Below, piece after piece: positions 9,906 through 20,500 of a DNA stretch of 64,000 nucleotides. The DNA is taken from the NCBI GenBank assembly GCA_037444405.1, contig JBBIML010000015.1, positions 39,550 to 103,549 on the forward strand, given 5' to 3'. Under the pieces are notes generated by a model. The model was given only the letters and a program-made list of their open reading frames with translations, was not told the DNA's origin and did no database searches. Within the stretch, counting starts at the first letter, position 1. Every line of letters starts with the position of its first letter. The DNA comes from Armatimonadota bacterium. Its GTDB lineage: Bacteria; Armatimonadota; Fimbriimonadia; Fimbriimonadales; GBS-DC. A program made the translations under genes and the position numbers.

Positions 9906-12710
9906 TCAGGCGTCGGGGTCGGTGAGGGCGAGGTCAGACAGTGGGTCGGCGGTGCGGGTCAGGATGGTGCTGGCGCGTGTGCGCTCGTCGCGCACCACAT
10001 AGAGCGTGCGGTCCGCCGCCTCGTTGATCTCCTCAATATGCGAAATGATGAGAATCTGTTCGAACCAGTCGCGCAGGTTGTTGAGCAGCATCAGCACATT
10101 CTGGCGGCGGTCGGTGTCCAGTGAGCCGAACACCTCGTCCAGAATCAGCAGGGAGAGGGGCTGACCCGCGCGCTCGGTGATGAGCCGCGCGAGCGCGAGG
10201 CGCATGCAGAGGTTCACGATGTCCTGCTCGCCTCCGGAGATGACCGCCTTGCGCATGCCATCGTCCATCAGGTGGAAGCGGTACTCCTCGTCCAGCTCCA
10301 GCTGGGTGTAGCGCCCGCCCGTGAGGTGGGTGAGGAACTCGGTGGCGTAGCTGGCGAGCATCGGGCGCAGCCGCTGGTTCAGCTCGGTGCGGAACGCCTG
10401 CATCGCCTTGCGCACCGTTTCATAAAGCAGCTGCTCCCCGCGTCGGCGCTTCAACAGCTCCTCGCGTTCCTGAATCTGCTGGAGTTGCTGTTCGAGCATC
10501 TGCAGGTGCTGTTGATGGCTCTGTCGGGTCGCCTGCAGGGAGGCGAGCTGGTTCTCCAGCTCACGCAGTTGCGCTTCAGCGCTGGCACACCGTTCCAGGG
10601 CTTGCTCGTACGCTCCGGGTGAGAAGGCGAGCGCCTGCAGCTCCTGCTGGGTTCGTTCAAGCTGAGCCTGCACCTCTTCTTGCTCACGCCGGGCTTGCTC
10701 GATCTGTTCGCGCGTGGGTGCTTCCTCTTTGAGGATGGTGTTGAGCTGGATGGCTTCTTCATAGAGGGGCTGGAGCTGCTCGGCTTCGGTGCGCAGGGTT
10801 TCGTGTTCGATGGGATTGTAGCCTTCGGGCAGGCTGGCAAGCTGCTGCTGAAGTTTGCGGAGTTCGTCCTGACGCCCTTCCAGCTCGTTCTGGAGGCGGG
10901 GTTGCTCTTTGAGCTGGATGCTCAGCTCGTTCGCCAGTTCCAGCTGGGGCTGGAGCTGCTGGAGTTGCTCGTTGAGAGCCTGCTCGCGCTGGGGGTCATA
11001 GAGCGGGATGGCTTCAATTCGGCGCTGCAATTCACGGCACTGACGCTGGAGGGTGGGCTGTTCGGCGAGCTCGGCTTGAATCTGGTCGTGGCGGGCGCGC
11101 AGTTCGGCAAGCTGCTGTTGAAGCGAATCGCGCTCTGCCATCACCTGCTGGAGCTGCGCCCGATACGCCTGGAGCAGCTCTGGCTCCTGCTCCAGCGACT
11201 GGCACCGGGCGAGCTGGCACTGATAGGCGTCCTGCTCGCTTCGCAGGTGTTGCTCCAGCTCGTGGCAGATGCGCTGGTAGGCGTCGCCGAGCGGTTGACC
11301 GCAGGTGGGGCATTCGCTCGCCTCGCCGAGCGCGTGCAGCTCGTCCAGCCGCTGCTGGAGTTCCTGCAGGCGAGATTGCAGCAGTTTCAGCTGTGATTCG
11401 GCGTCGGTGCGCTGCTGGCGCCACTGCTGGCTGAGCTGATCGATCTGCCGTTGCAGTTCGTCGCGTTGCGCTTCACGCTCGCTCATCTGTGATTCGAGCT
11501 GGGCAATCTGCGCCTGCAGGCTTTCGGCTTGCTGCTGGCGTTGCTGGAGGGTGTCGAGGCGGGACTGGAGGGTCGCCAGCTCGTTTTCGAGGCGAGCGCG
11601 TTCGGCGGCGCGGGCGGCTTGCTGGCGCAACGCGCTCAGCTCCGCCTGAATCTGGTTCGCCTGCTGGATGACAGGCTCCAGTTGCTGCAGCTGGTGCGCT
11701 TTTTGCTCCAGTTGCTGCAGCTGGCTCTGGAGCCGCTCGATATGCGACAGGAGCTGTTCGATGGCGGCGGTCAGCGCGGCGCGTTGCTGTTCCGCCTGAG
11801 CCAGTTCGTTCAGTTCCTTCAGGCGCCGTTGCACCTCGCGATAGCGTTCGAGGTCGGCTCGAAGCTCCTGAAGGCGTTTTCGGGCTTGCTGAATCTGGTT
11901 CCAGCGCGTGCGCAGTTGCTCCAGCCGTTCGTCGATGCTGGTCTGCTGGTTCTGGAGCTGGCGGAGCCGGTTCTGGAGGTCGTCGTGGATATGCTTTTTG
12001 AGTTCGGCTTCGCGTCGTTGCTGGGCGAGTTGCTCGTATTCGGCGCGGGCGGTGATGAGTTGCGCTTCGATACGGGCGATGTCGCGCTCGCAGGATGCAA
12101 GCGTCTGGCGTGTCTGCTCGATCTGCTGTTGCACGAGTTCGCGGTCGCCCAGCCCCTGCTGAAGCCCTTCGATTTCCGCGCCGAGCTGCTTGGCGCGCTG
12201 GGCGATTTCGTCGATGGCTTTCGTGATGCGTTCATAGCCCAGCATGCGGCTGATTTCCTCGCGGCGGCGTTCAGGCGCGTAGCTCATGAACTCCAGCTCC
12301 TTCTGGCGGGCGCAGAAGCTGGTCTGGAACTGGTTGAGGGTCATGCCGAGCAGGTTCAGGATGGCTTCGGTGGTGGGGCGTGTGCCCCGCGCGAGCGTCT
12401 GGTGGACGCCGTTCTGAATCTGGGTCAGCACGGCGTCTTTGTCGGTACGCACCACCTGATAGAGTCGGGCGCCGAGCTGGAAGTCGAGTCGCACCTGCAC
12501 GCGCGTGCCGCCCTGCGACCACATGAAGCGTAGGGTGTCGGCGGTGCCGCGGGCGGCGTTGGCGCCGTACAGCGCCCACAGGATGGCTTCCACGAGTGTG
12601 GTCTTACCTGCGCCGTTGGCGCCCACAATCGCCGTGATGCCCGTTTCGAACGCCACCGCCGCGCGGGCGTATTGCCGAAAGTTCTCCAGCTCCAGCTCCA
12701 GCAGTCGCAT
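9906..12710 (-). CDS. sbcC: SbcC/Rad50-family SMC-like ATPase
   Basis: Walker A GANGAGKT, long coiled coil with central CPTCG zinc hook, ISGGE signature, LILDEVFGSLD Walker B/D-loop, ISH. Confidence 0.9.
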   Translation of the reverse strand: MRLLELELENFRQYARAAVAFETGITAIVGANGAGKTTLVEAILWALYGANAARGTADTLRFMWSQGGTRVQVRLDFQLGARLYQVVRTDKDAVLTQIQNGVHQTLARGTRPTTEAILNLLGMTLNQFQTSFCARQKELEFMSYAPERRREEISRMLGYERITKAIDEIAQRAKQLGAEIEGLQQGLGDRELVQQQIEQTRQTLASCERDIARIEAQLITARAEYEQLAQQRREAELKKHIHDDLQNRLRQLQNQQTSIDERLEQLRTRWNQIQQARKRLQELRADLERYREVQRRLKELNELAQAEQQRAALTAAIEQLLSHIERLQSQLQQLEQKAHQLQQLEPVIQQANQIQAELSALRQQAARAAERARLENELATLQSRLDTLQQRQQQAESLQAQIAQLESQMSEREAQRDELQRQIDQLSQQWRQQRTDAESQLKLLQSRLQELQQRLDELHALGEASECPTCGQPLGDAYQRICHELEQHLRSEQDAYQCQLARCQSLEQEPELLQAYRAQLQQVMAERDSLQQQLAELRARHDQIQAELAEQPTLQRQCRELQRRIEAIPLYDPQREQALNEQLQQLQPQLELANELSIQLKEQPRLQNELEGRQDELRKLQQQLASLPEGYNPIEHETLRTEAEQLQPLYEEAIQLNTILKEEAPTREQIEQARREQEEVQAQLERTQQELQALAFSPGAYEQALERCASAEAQLRELENQLASLQATRQSHQQHLQMLEQQLQQIQEREELLKRRRGEQLLYETVRKAMQAFRTELNQRLRPMLASYATEFLTHLTGGRYTQLELDEEYRFHLMDDGMRKAVISGGEQDIVNLCMRLALARLITERAGQPLSLLILDEVFGSLDTDRRQNVLMLLNNLRDWFEQILIISHIEEINEAADRTLYVVRDERTRASTILTRTADPLSDLALTDPDA

Positions 12711-12716
12711 GGCGGG

Positions 12717-13355
12717 CTATTTGCGGGTTGCGGGCGGATTCGTTGGGGGCACTCGCCCTTTCGGCGCCGGCATGGGGGCAGGTTGCGAGGGCGGAGGCTG
12801 GGCTTGCCACACAGGTTCGGGCACGATGATGGGAGTGGCAGCCGAAGGATAGATGACAAGCTCTTTGCCGTCGCGGATACCCTTGCCGACGCCCATCATC
12901 TCGAAGCTACCTGCGCCCCGAAAGCTGACCTCCGCTTCGGTGAGCGAGGCTTTCATCGAGTCGTATTTGCCCTGGATGGTGAGCATGCCCGTGCCATGAA
13001 AGACCCGGAACCGCTGGTTGATGGGTGGGTTCAGGCTGACGCCGCGCGGCAGCTGCTTGAGTTCGCGGAAGCCCTGCGCGCGGATTTCGCCCTTCAGGTC
13101 GCCGACAATCACGAAGCCGTGCCCCTTGATGGTGAGCGTGCCGTCCGCCCGTGAGAAGAACTTGATACCCGTGCCCTTGAGGGTGAAGGAACCCGTTTTG
13201 GGTGCCGGGTTGCCGGGCGCAGTTTGTTTGGGAGCGGATTGGGTGGGTTTGTTGTTCGGGGCAGGTTGCGCCGATTTGGGACGCGCCGACGGCTGCTGCG
13301 CCCCACTCAGCGCCAGCGTTAGCATCAGACCGCTCATCAGTGCCGTTGTTCGCAT
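12717..13355 (-). CDS. Hypothetical secreted protein
   Basis: GGAGG RBS, signal peptide, P/Q-rich termini; lies between trxB and sbcC on the same strand. Confidence 0.7.
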   Translation of the reverse strand: MRTTALMSGLMLTLALSGAQQPSARPKSAQPAPNNKPTQSAPKQTAPGNPAPKTGSFTLKGTGIKFFSRADGTLTIKGHGFVIVGDLKGEIRAQGFRELKQLPRGVSLNPPINQRFRVFHGTGMLTIQGKYDSMKASLTEAEVSFRGAGSFEMMGVGKGIRDGKELVIYPSAATPIIVPEPVWQAQPPPSQPAPMPAPKGRVPPTNPPATRK

Positions 13356-13370
13356 AATAATCCCTCCTGT

Positions 13371-14318
13371 TCATTCCTCGCCGTGCTGTGCCAGCCAGCG
13401 TTCGGCATCCAGCGCCGCCATACAGCCGGTGCCCGCGGCGGTCACCGCCTGACGATAGACCCGATCCATCACATCGCCGCAGGCGAACACGCCCTCGACG
13501 CTGGTGTGCGTGCCGTTGCGCACCCTGATATACCCCAGTTCATCCATCTCCAGAATGCCCTGCAGAAAATCGGTGTTGGGCTTGTGTCCGATCGCAATAA
13601 ACACGCCGTCGATGGGGAAGTCGTACTCTTCGCCCGTTTTGAGGTTATGCAGGCGCACGCCGACCACCTTGCCCAGATTGGGGTCATAGATGTCGCGCAC
13701 GACGGTACTCCAGATGAACTCGATTTTGGGGTTGCGGAAGGCGCGCTCCTGCATGATTTTGGAGGCGCGCAGTTCGTCGCGCCGATGCACCACATAGACG
13801 CGCTCGCAGTGGTGAGTGAGGTAGAGCGCCTCTTCCATCGCCGTGTCGCCCCCGCCGACCACAATCACGCGCTTGCCGCGGAAGAAGAAGCCGTCGCAGG
13901 TGGCGCAGGCAGAGACGCCATGCCCCTTGAGCTTCTCTTCCGATTCGAGACCGAGCCATTTGGCGGAGGCGCCCGTGGCGATAATCACCGCACGAGCGCG
14001 ATACTCGTTCCCTGCATCGCTCCAGAGTCGGAACGGTCGCTGACTGAAATCGACGCGGGTGATGGTCTCGTACAGCACGCGGGTGCCGAACCGCTCTGCC
14101 TGCCGACGAAACAGCTCCATCAGTTCGGGTCCCTGAATGCCGTCGGGGAAGCCCGGATAGTTCTCGACATCGGTGGTAATCATCAGCTGTCCACCGGGCT
14201 GGATGCCCGCGAACAGCAGGGGCGATAAGTTTGCCCGCGCCGCATAGAGCGCAGCCGTGTAGCCCGCCGGTCCTGAACCGACAATAATCAGCTTCTCAAC
14301 GCCTGTGGTCTCCATCAC
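13371..14318 (-). CDS. trxB: Thioredoxin-disulfide reductase
   Basis: GSGPAG, GGQL..T..VENYPGF, CATCDG redox motif, GGGDTA.EEA and [10 protein letters not shown] motifs. Confidence 0.97.
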   Translation of the reverse strand: MMETTGVEKLIIVGSGPAGYTAALYAARANLSPLLFAGIQPGGQLMITTDVENYPGFPDGIQGPELMELFRRQAERFGTRVLYETITRVDFSQRPFRLWSDAGNEYRARAVIIATGASAKWLGLESEEKLKGHGVSACATCDGFFFRGKRVIVVGGGDTAMEEALYLTHHCERVYVVHRRDELRASKIMQERAFRNPKIEFIWSTVVRDIYDPNLGKVVGVRLHNLKTGEEYDFPIDGVFIAIGHKPNTDFLQGILEMDELGYIRVRNGTHTSVEGVFACGDVMDRVYRQAVTAAGTGCMAALDAERWLAQHGEE

Positions 14319-14583
14319 GACCGATTTTACCTGATGGCGCGAGGGTGTCTGAAAAGCCCCAAAACCCGTAAATCTACTGGCTCGATTCGGCGGCGTTCTG
14401 ATTTATAATGGATCGAAAAGGGCTTTCCTGACCCATCGGTCAAAAAGCCTGTCCGCTTTTGGGCATCTGCCGAGTCATTAAAAAGCGGGTGAGGGAGAGT
14501 GGCACTCTCCCTGCGGGCAGGGTTGCAGCTGAATGGGCAGGGTTGTCCCGCCCAAAACGCTCATTGAGGAGGTCTATGAGGCT

Positions 14584-15276
14584 ATGAAAGGCTTGAAACG
14601 GCTTACAACAGGCGCAATCCTGGCGCTGATGATGGCTGGCGTGAGCGCGCAGCCCTACAGCGTGGATGGAAACGACTGGCTCATCGATATCACGGGTAGC
14701 CTGATAGTGACGGGAACGATATCCACTACTATCGCCATTAATGTTAATGATCAGTCGCTCACCGTCAACCAGAGCGGGAACGACTTCGACGGCAATTTCG
14801 ACGACTTCTCCCTGCCACTGAGCTTCCCACCCTATTTCAGCACGACCTTGCCAGGTGGCTTTTTCACCATAGGCGGCAGCGATGGTGTGAAAGCCTATAA
14901 GTTCGAGCCAGGTCCCATCGTGATTCCAGCAGGCACCATACCAGGGATCAACTTCGATATCCGCCTGAGAAATATCACTCTGAATGTTGCGGGTCTCATC
15001 ACGGGCGTCAACCCAGCGATAACCGATTCCTGGGGCGAGCGTGTGTACGAGATAACCGGGATACCCTCCACCGATCCCTGGTCTCAGAATCCCGACACAT
15101 CCTGGGGCACGATTGCCGACATCGAGGCGCGCATTGGCACATGGATTCGAATAGGTGAAGCCCGGTTAGATGTGGACTACTGGCAGATGTTTCGTCCCGT
15201 TCCGGAGCCGGCGAGCCTGCTGGCGCTCGGTGCCGGGCTGACCGGGCTGCTGGGTCTGCGTCGTCGAAAGCGCTGA
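14584..15276 (+). CDS. PEP-CTERM sorting domain protein
   Basis: Signal peptide and C-terminal VPEPASLLALGAGLTGLLGLRRRKR; GAGGAGG RBS upstream. Confidence 0.9.
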   Translation: MKGLKRLTTGAILALMMAGVSAQPYSVDGNDWLIDITGSLIVTGTISTTIAINVNDQSLTVNQSGNDFDGNFDDFSLPLSFPPYFSTTLPGGFFTIGGSDGVKAYKFEPGPIVIPAGTIPGINFDIRLRNITLNVAGLITGVNPAITDSWGERVYEITGIPSTDPWSQNPDTSWGTIADIEARIGTWIRIGEARLDVDYWQMFRPVPEPASLLALGAGLTGLLGLRRRKR

Positions 15277-15296
15277 TGCCTCCTCTCTCTTTTCCG

Positions 15297-15335
15297 CAGG
15301 AAGCCCTCGCCTCAACAGGTGAGGGCTTCCTGTTT
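15297..15335 (+). terminator. Intrinsic terminator
   Basis: CAGGAAGCCCTCGCCT-caac-AGGTGAGGGCTTCCTG stem followed by TTT, directly after the PEP-CTERM gene. Confidence 0.7.
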
Positions 15336-15388
15336 CGCACGGAAATCCCTGCCTGTACCCTCCCTCGGCAAACGGGTATTCTTCAAAG

Positions 15389-15889
15389 ATGAGTCAGCTG
15401 GAGATTCGGTGGCTGGAGCCGTCCAGCGTGCTGATTGAGCGCGTGCCGAACGGTCGGCAGGTGCGCGTGCGCCTGCCCGACGGTGAGGTGCATGAAGATG
15501 TGCAGTTCGCCCGCGCCTTCCCCTTCTCCGACCCTGACCACTACATCAGCATCCTCACGCGCGAGGGCAGAGAGATTGGCATGTTCCGTTCGCTGGAGGG
15601 GATGGCGCCCGAATCGCTCGCCATTCTGCAGGAGGAGCTGGAACGCCGCTACTTTATCCCCATCATCCAGAAGGTCTACGCGCTTAACGAAGAGTACGGG
15701 CAGCTGCGCTGGGATGTGGAGACCGACCGCGGGCGACGCCTGTTCTATGTGCGCAACTGGCGCGACAACATCCATGAGCTATCGCCCGTGCGCTACCTGA
15801 TTGTGGCGGTGGACGGCAGTCGCTATGAGATTCGCGACCTGAACGCGCTGGACGGGCGCAGCCGCGCCTTGCTGGAGCGACTGGGCTGA
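15389..15889 (+). CDS. DUF1854-like protein
   Basis: RAFP.SDP..YIS.....G.EIG, EEL.RRYF.P.I and W.VETDRG motifs. Confidence 0.8.
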   Translation: MSQLEIRWLEPSSVLIERVPNGRQVRVRLPDGEVHEDVQFARAFPFSDPDHYISILTREGREIGMFRSLEGMAPESLAILQEELERRYFIPIIQKVYALNEEYGQLRWDVETDRGRRLFYVRNWRDNIHELSPVRYLIVAVDGSRYEIRDLNALDGRSRALLERLG

Positions 15890-15895
15890 ACCCGC

Positions 15896-16897
15896 CTATC
15901 GCTTCGTCCAGATGCGCGTGTTCAGGTTCAGCTCGTCCACCACCGCCAGCGCAAACTGCAGCTCATGCAGATACCTGCCAATCGTTTCCGGCTTGAGCAA
16001 AATGCCCGTCGGCGCGAACACCGACGGCGCCTCAAAGTAATCATGTGCGGTCGGGATCGCCAGATACACCTGCGAGGCGATGAAGGCGAGCCGTATCTCG
16101 CTGCGGGTCAACTCCCGAAAGCGCATGATGCGCGCCATCAGGCTCGGTGTCAGAATATAACGCGCTTCGATCTGGTCGGTGGAGTAGACTTTGAACGCCC
16201 GCTCGAACTCCGGGTCTTCCAGCTTGACCAGCTCGCCCGGTTGCATACCGAGCTTGGCGCTCCAGCTCTGGAGCGTTTGACCCAGCCAGCCCAGCAGCTT
16301 CTCTTCGGTATCGGGCAGCACCAGCGTGACGCCGTTGAACTGTTTGTTGAAATCGGCGATAATGAACAGCCCGCGAAACAGCGTGTGCCAGGTCGTGTAG
16401 CGGTTGCCCTTTGAGTCGTAATGCTCCACTTGATATTCGGCATGCACCTCCGACAGGCGGATGGCGGTCTGACCGACCCTGCCCTGGATCAGGTCTTCAC
16501 CATGATAGCGGTCTGGCTCCCGCTGGAACAGCATGCTCTGGTTGAACTCGGCTTCGCTGATGTATTGTTCCGGCAGGTACTCGAGGTCGGGGCTGATAAA
16601 CTTCACCAGCCGGCTGATTATGCGCCTCTTGAACAGTCTGGACCAGTCGCTTGTGATGGCGGCGTAGCTGGCGAGGATCACGACGAGGGCGACGCCGAGC
16701 GGGGCGAAGGCGAAGATGCCCAGTTCCGAGCTGACAAACGCCGCCAGCGCCAGGCTCAGTAGCCCGCCGATGAGGATGCTCCAGAGCGTGATTTGCCCGA
16801 AGCGTGCTGTGCGCTGCTGACGCTCCTCCTCCAGCGCGCGCAGTATCGGCTCCAGCTCGCGATAGTGCTGATCCCAATCGCCTGTGGGTGCGCTCAT
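15896..16897 (-). CDS. DUF3137-like membrane protein (LemA-associated)
   Basis: Two TM helices, ED...G, F.GLF...DF.K.F.G.T and LEDPEFE..F.VYS.DQ.EARYILTP..M motifs; overlaps the lemA stop. Confidence 0.82.
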   Translation of the reverse strand: MSAPTGDWDQHYRELEPILRALEEERQQRTARFGQITLWSILIGGLLSLALAAFVSSELGIFAFAPLGVALVVILASYAAITSDWSRLFKRRIISRLVKFISPDLEYLPEQYISEAEFNQSMLFQREPDRYHGEDLIQGRVGQTAIRLSEVHAEYQVEHYDSKGNRYTTWHTLFRGLFIIADFNKQFNGVTLVLPDTEEKLLGWLGQTLQSWSAKLGMQPGELVKLEDPEFERAFKVYSTDQIEARYILTPSLMARIMRFRELTRSEIRLAFIASQVYLAIPTAHDYFEAPSVFAPTGILLKPETIGRYLHELQFALAVVDELNLNTRIWTKR

Positions 16898-17478
16898 TGC
16901 TGGAACAGCTGGGCGACATCGGGCGTCGCGCGCTCGGCGGCTTCCGCTTCGAACACGGCTCGCCGCGACAGCCCCATTATCGACGCCACGAAGTTCGTCG
17001 GGAACATCTCGATGGCGTTATTGTAGTCGGTGACGGCGGCGTTATAGGCGCGGCGGGCAGCAGCGAGCTGCTCTTCGATCTCGTTCAGCGACGCCTGCAG
17101 ATGCAGGAAGTTCTCGTTCGCTTTCAGGTTCGGATAGTTCTCGACGGCGACCATCAGGCTGCGCAGGGCGCCCGACAGCGCGGCTTCGACTTGCATGCGC
17201 TCGCCTTCGGGCAAATCGGGTGAAACCGCCCGCGCCCGCAGCGCCGTGATGCGCTCCAGCAGCTCGCGCTCATGCTCCATATACTGGCGCACCGTCGCGA
17301 CCAGATTGGGAATCAAGTCGTGGCGCTTTTTGAGCTGAACATCGATGCCGCTGTAGGCGTAGTCCACCTGATTCTTTTTAGCAATCAGTGAGTTGTACAT
17401 CGCCATGAAAAGAATCAGCAGGAGCAGCGCGCCGCCGCCGATGCACACCAGTCCTAATATCAACCCCATCATATCCAT
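16894..17478 (-). CDS. lemA: LemA family protein
   Basis: YN.L, IDVQLK.R.DLIPNLV, ENYP.LKA..NF..LQ, ARR.YN..V..YN and FP.N motifs. Confidence 0.95.
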   Translation of the reverse strand: MDMMGLILGLVCIGGGALLLLILFMAMYNSLIAKKNQVDYAYSGIDVQLKKRHDLIPNLVATVRQYMEHERELLERITALRARAVSPDLPEGERMQVEAALSGALRSLMVAVENYPNLKANENFLHLQASLNEIEEQLAAARRAYNAAVTDYNNAIEMFPTNFVASIMGLSRRAVFEAEAAERATPDVAQLFQQ

Positions 17479-17540
17479 CGCGTCCACAACCCCCTGAACC
17501 GCTGATAATAACAGTATACCTGCCCGAATCACCCTGAAAA

Positions 17541-17567
17541 GCAGGAATCGTCAAAGCCGTGTCGAAT
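17541..17567 (+). promoter_or_regulatory. SigH-like promoter (GCAGGAATC-N11-GTCGAAT)
   Basis: Matches the Bacillus sigma-H AGGA...GAAT consensus and lies 25 nt before the alpha-2-macroglobulin start; related motifs recur in the window. Confidence 0.5.
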
Positions 17568-17592
17568 AGGGCATTACGGAGGGAGACCTGCG

Positions 17593-20500
17593 ATGTCTCG
17601 ACGGATGGGAGCTGCGATTGCATGGATGGGGCTATTGCTCGCTTTTCAAATCTATGGGGTTGCCGCGCTGATTCGGAATGAGACCCCGCGTGCCAGCCTC
17701 TTCGGTGTCGCTATTTCCGACCAGACAGGTCAGCCGATTCCGCATGCCCACATCACCCTCACCCGCATAGAATATGTTCGGGACGAGCAGGACAGATTCG
17801 GCTATTACCGCTTCTATTATAACGTTTACGAGGTGCGAGCCGATGCGCAGGGGCGGTTCAGCCTGCGAGGCATCCCTGCGGGGCGGTACGAGCTGCGAGC
17901 CGGATCAGAGGCGCACCATTTCCCTGCGGAGCTATCCAGCGGCGACCGCCCGGCGTTCGAGATCGAGCTGAGCGAGGGCGAGCGCGAGGAGCTCACCCTG
18001 CGCATGGAACCCGATCGCCCCTTCGTGGAGCTGATTCATCCGCAGGCGGTCTATTACCCTGGCGAGGCGGTTCGGCTGGGCGTGCGCGGCTTTGCGCCCA
18101 CCGATGAGGTGGAGGTGGCGCTGTATCGGCTCAAATCGGACATCGGCTCGTCCAGCGGTCCCGCCCAGCAGCGCTCGTTGACCGACTTCGTGCGCACGCT
18201 CAGTGAAATCCGATATGGCTGGTGGCGCGACGAATGGGAGCTGCGCAATTTTCTGCAGGCATCGGAGCCGTACCTTAACAGGTTGAGCGAGCTGGTGGAG
18301 CCGATTCGCGGGCGCGACCCCGAAGGCGTGTTCACGCAATATCTGTCCTTGCCGAACCTTGAGCGCGGGGTCTATCTCGCTGTTGTGCGCGCGGGACCTG
18401 CCATACGCCCCGCGCTGCTAATTATCTCCCATGCGGGGCTGATCGCCAAAGTTGTCGGCTCCGAGCTGGAGGTGTGGGCAATCGACCTCAAGTCGGGTCA
18501 GCCGCTGCCGAACCTGCCCGTCGCTGTCGCTTCGCTTTATCAGCAAGCCAGCCGGCAGTCGCGCTTTGTGCAGGGACGCACTGGCAGCGACGGGCGATGG
18601 CGTGTCTCCCAAGCGCCCCCTGGCGAACTGCTGATTATGGCGTCTGATCCCGACCGCAAAACACCCATCGTGTGGTTCACCTTCTGGCGATGGGATGACG
18701 GGAGCGAGAGCGGCGCTGATCTGTACGGCGCCATCTACACCGAGCGACCCATCTATCGCCCTGGCGACACCATCTATTTCAAGGGCATCGTGCGCCGCCA
18801 GCAGCCATCGGCGCAGAGCCTCTATCAGCCGTTGCGAGCGGGCACGCCCGTCCAGATTACCGTCTATGACCCCGACGATGAACCCGTCGCCCAGCAGACG
18901 CTACGCCTGAGCGACTTCTCCTCGTTCAGCGGCTCGTTCGAGACCACGCCCGAATCGCGCACGGGTCTCTACCGAATCGTCGCGCTGGTCGAGGGCGAGC
19001 GCATCGAGGGCGAGGCGGAGGTCGCCGCCTATCGCAAGCCTGTGTATCGCATCAACCTCAAGCCGTCGCGCGAACTCTATCTGCCGGGCGAGCGCGTCGA
19101 AGTGGAAATCCGCTCTGAATACTACTTCGGGATGCCCGTGCCGAATGCCAGACTGCGCTATGAGGTCGCCCGCAGCTATGATTACTACGGTTACGACGAT
19201 TCGGACGGCGCGGAGTGGGAAGACGACTGGTCTGTGCCGCCTGACGCCGACGAGGAGGCGCTGCTGGAGGGCGGCTATGGCTACTATGGCGAGCGCGTCG
19301 CCAGCGGCGAGGCTCAAACGGACGAGCAGGGTCGCGCCATCCTGCGCATCCCCGTGTCCGAGCTGCTCAAGGAATCGGAGCGCGAGGGCGATTTCTGGTG
19401 GTATGCCTTTGAGCGCCCGACCGCCTACCGCTGTACCCTGCGCGTCGAGATGCTCTCCGAAGGTGCCGAGTTCGCTCAGGCGACCACGCGCTTCTCGGTC
19501 GCCTCCACCTACTGGCAGGTGCGCATGCAGGTGGAGCCTTATTTTGGCAAGCCAAACCAGCCGTACACGGTACGCCTGCAGGTGCGCGATCGGCGCACGG
19601 GCGCGCCCGTCCACACCCGCCTGAACTGGCGTGTGGGCGAACGCCTGCGACGCGGCGACCGATTCGTCACCAGCACCGCATTCGAGGGCACCGTCGCGAC
19701 CGACGCGCAGGGACGCGCCCAGTTCGATTTCACACCTCCTTATGCAGGCGACTGGGAGATCCGAATCGAAGGGCGCGACAGCGAGGGCTACCCGCTGATT
19801 TTGACCGACACGCTGTGGGTCTGGCACTCGAGCCGCACGCCCCAGACGCCGCCCGAAGCCAGGCTGGACCTGCGCGTGAACCGCAACATCCTGAAAGCGG
19901 GCGAGCCGCTGGAGATTGCCATCCGCGCGGGTCAGCCCGACGCCACGCTCTGGCTCACGCTCGAAGGCGACCGCATCTACCATTCGCAAATCGTGTCCCT
20001 GCGCAACGGCGTCGCCACCGTCCGCCTGACGCCACCCATCGACGCCATCCCGAACGCCTTCGTCAAAGTGTGCATGGTGCAGAACAAGCGCTACATCGAG
20101 CGGGTGCGTGTGGTGAAGATTGGCGTCCACGAGCAGAACCTGAAGATTGCCATCCAGACCGATAAGTCGCGCTATGCGCCGCGCGAGACGGTGCATGCAC
20201 AGATCACCGTTACGGATGCTGATGGTCGCCCCGCCCGCGCCGAGCTGTCGCTGGCAGTGGTGGATGAGTCCATCTACGCGATTCGGTCCGACACCTTCCG
20301 CCTGAAGCGGGAATTTTATGCCTATCGCTGGAACCGCGTGCGTACCGAGTTCTCCGCGCCGTGGCTGGCATTGCAGGGCGATAAGGGTCAGGCGGAGCTG
20401 GAAATACGGCGCACCTTCCGCGACACCGCCTTCTGGACACCGGCAGCTCTCACCGACGCGCAGGGCGTCGCCCGCATCGCCTTCCCACTACCTGACAACC

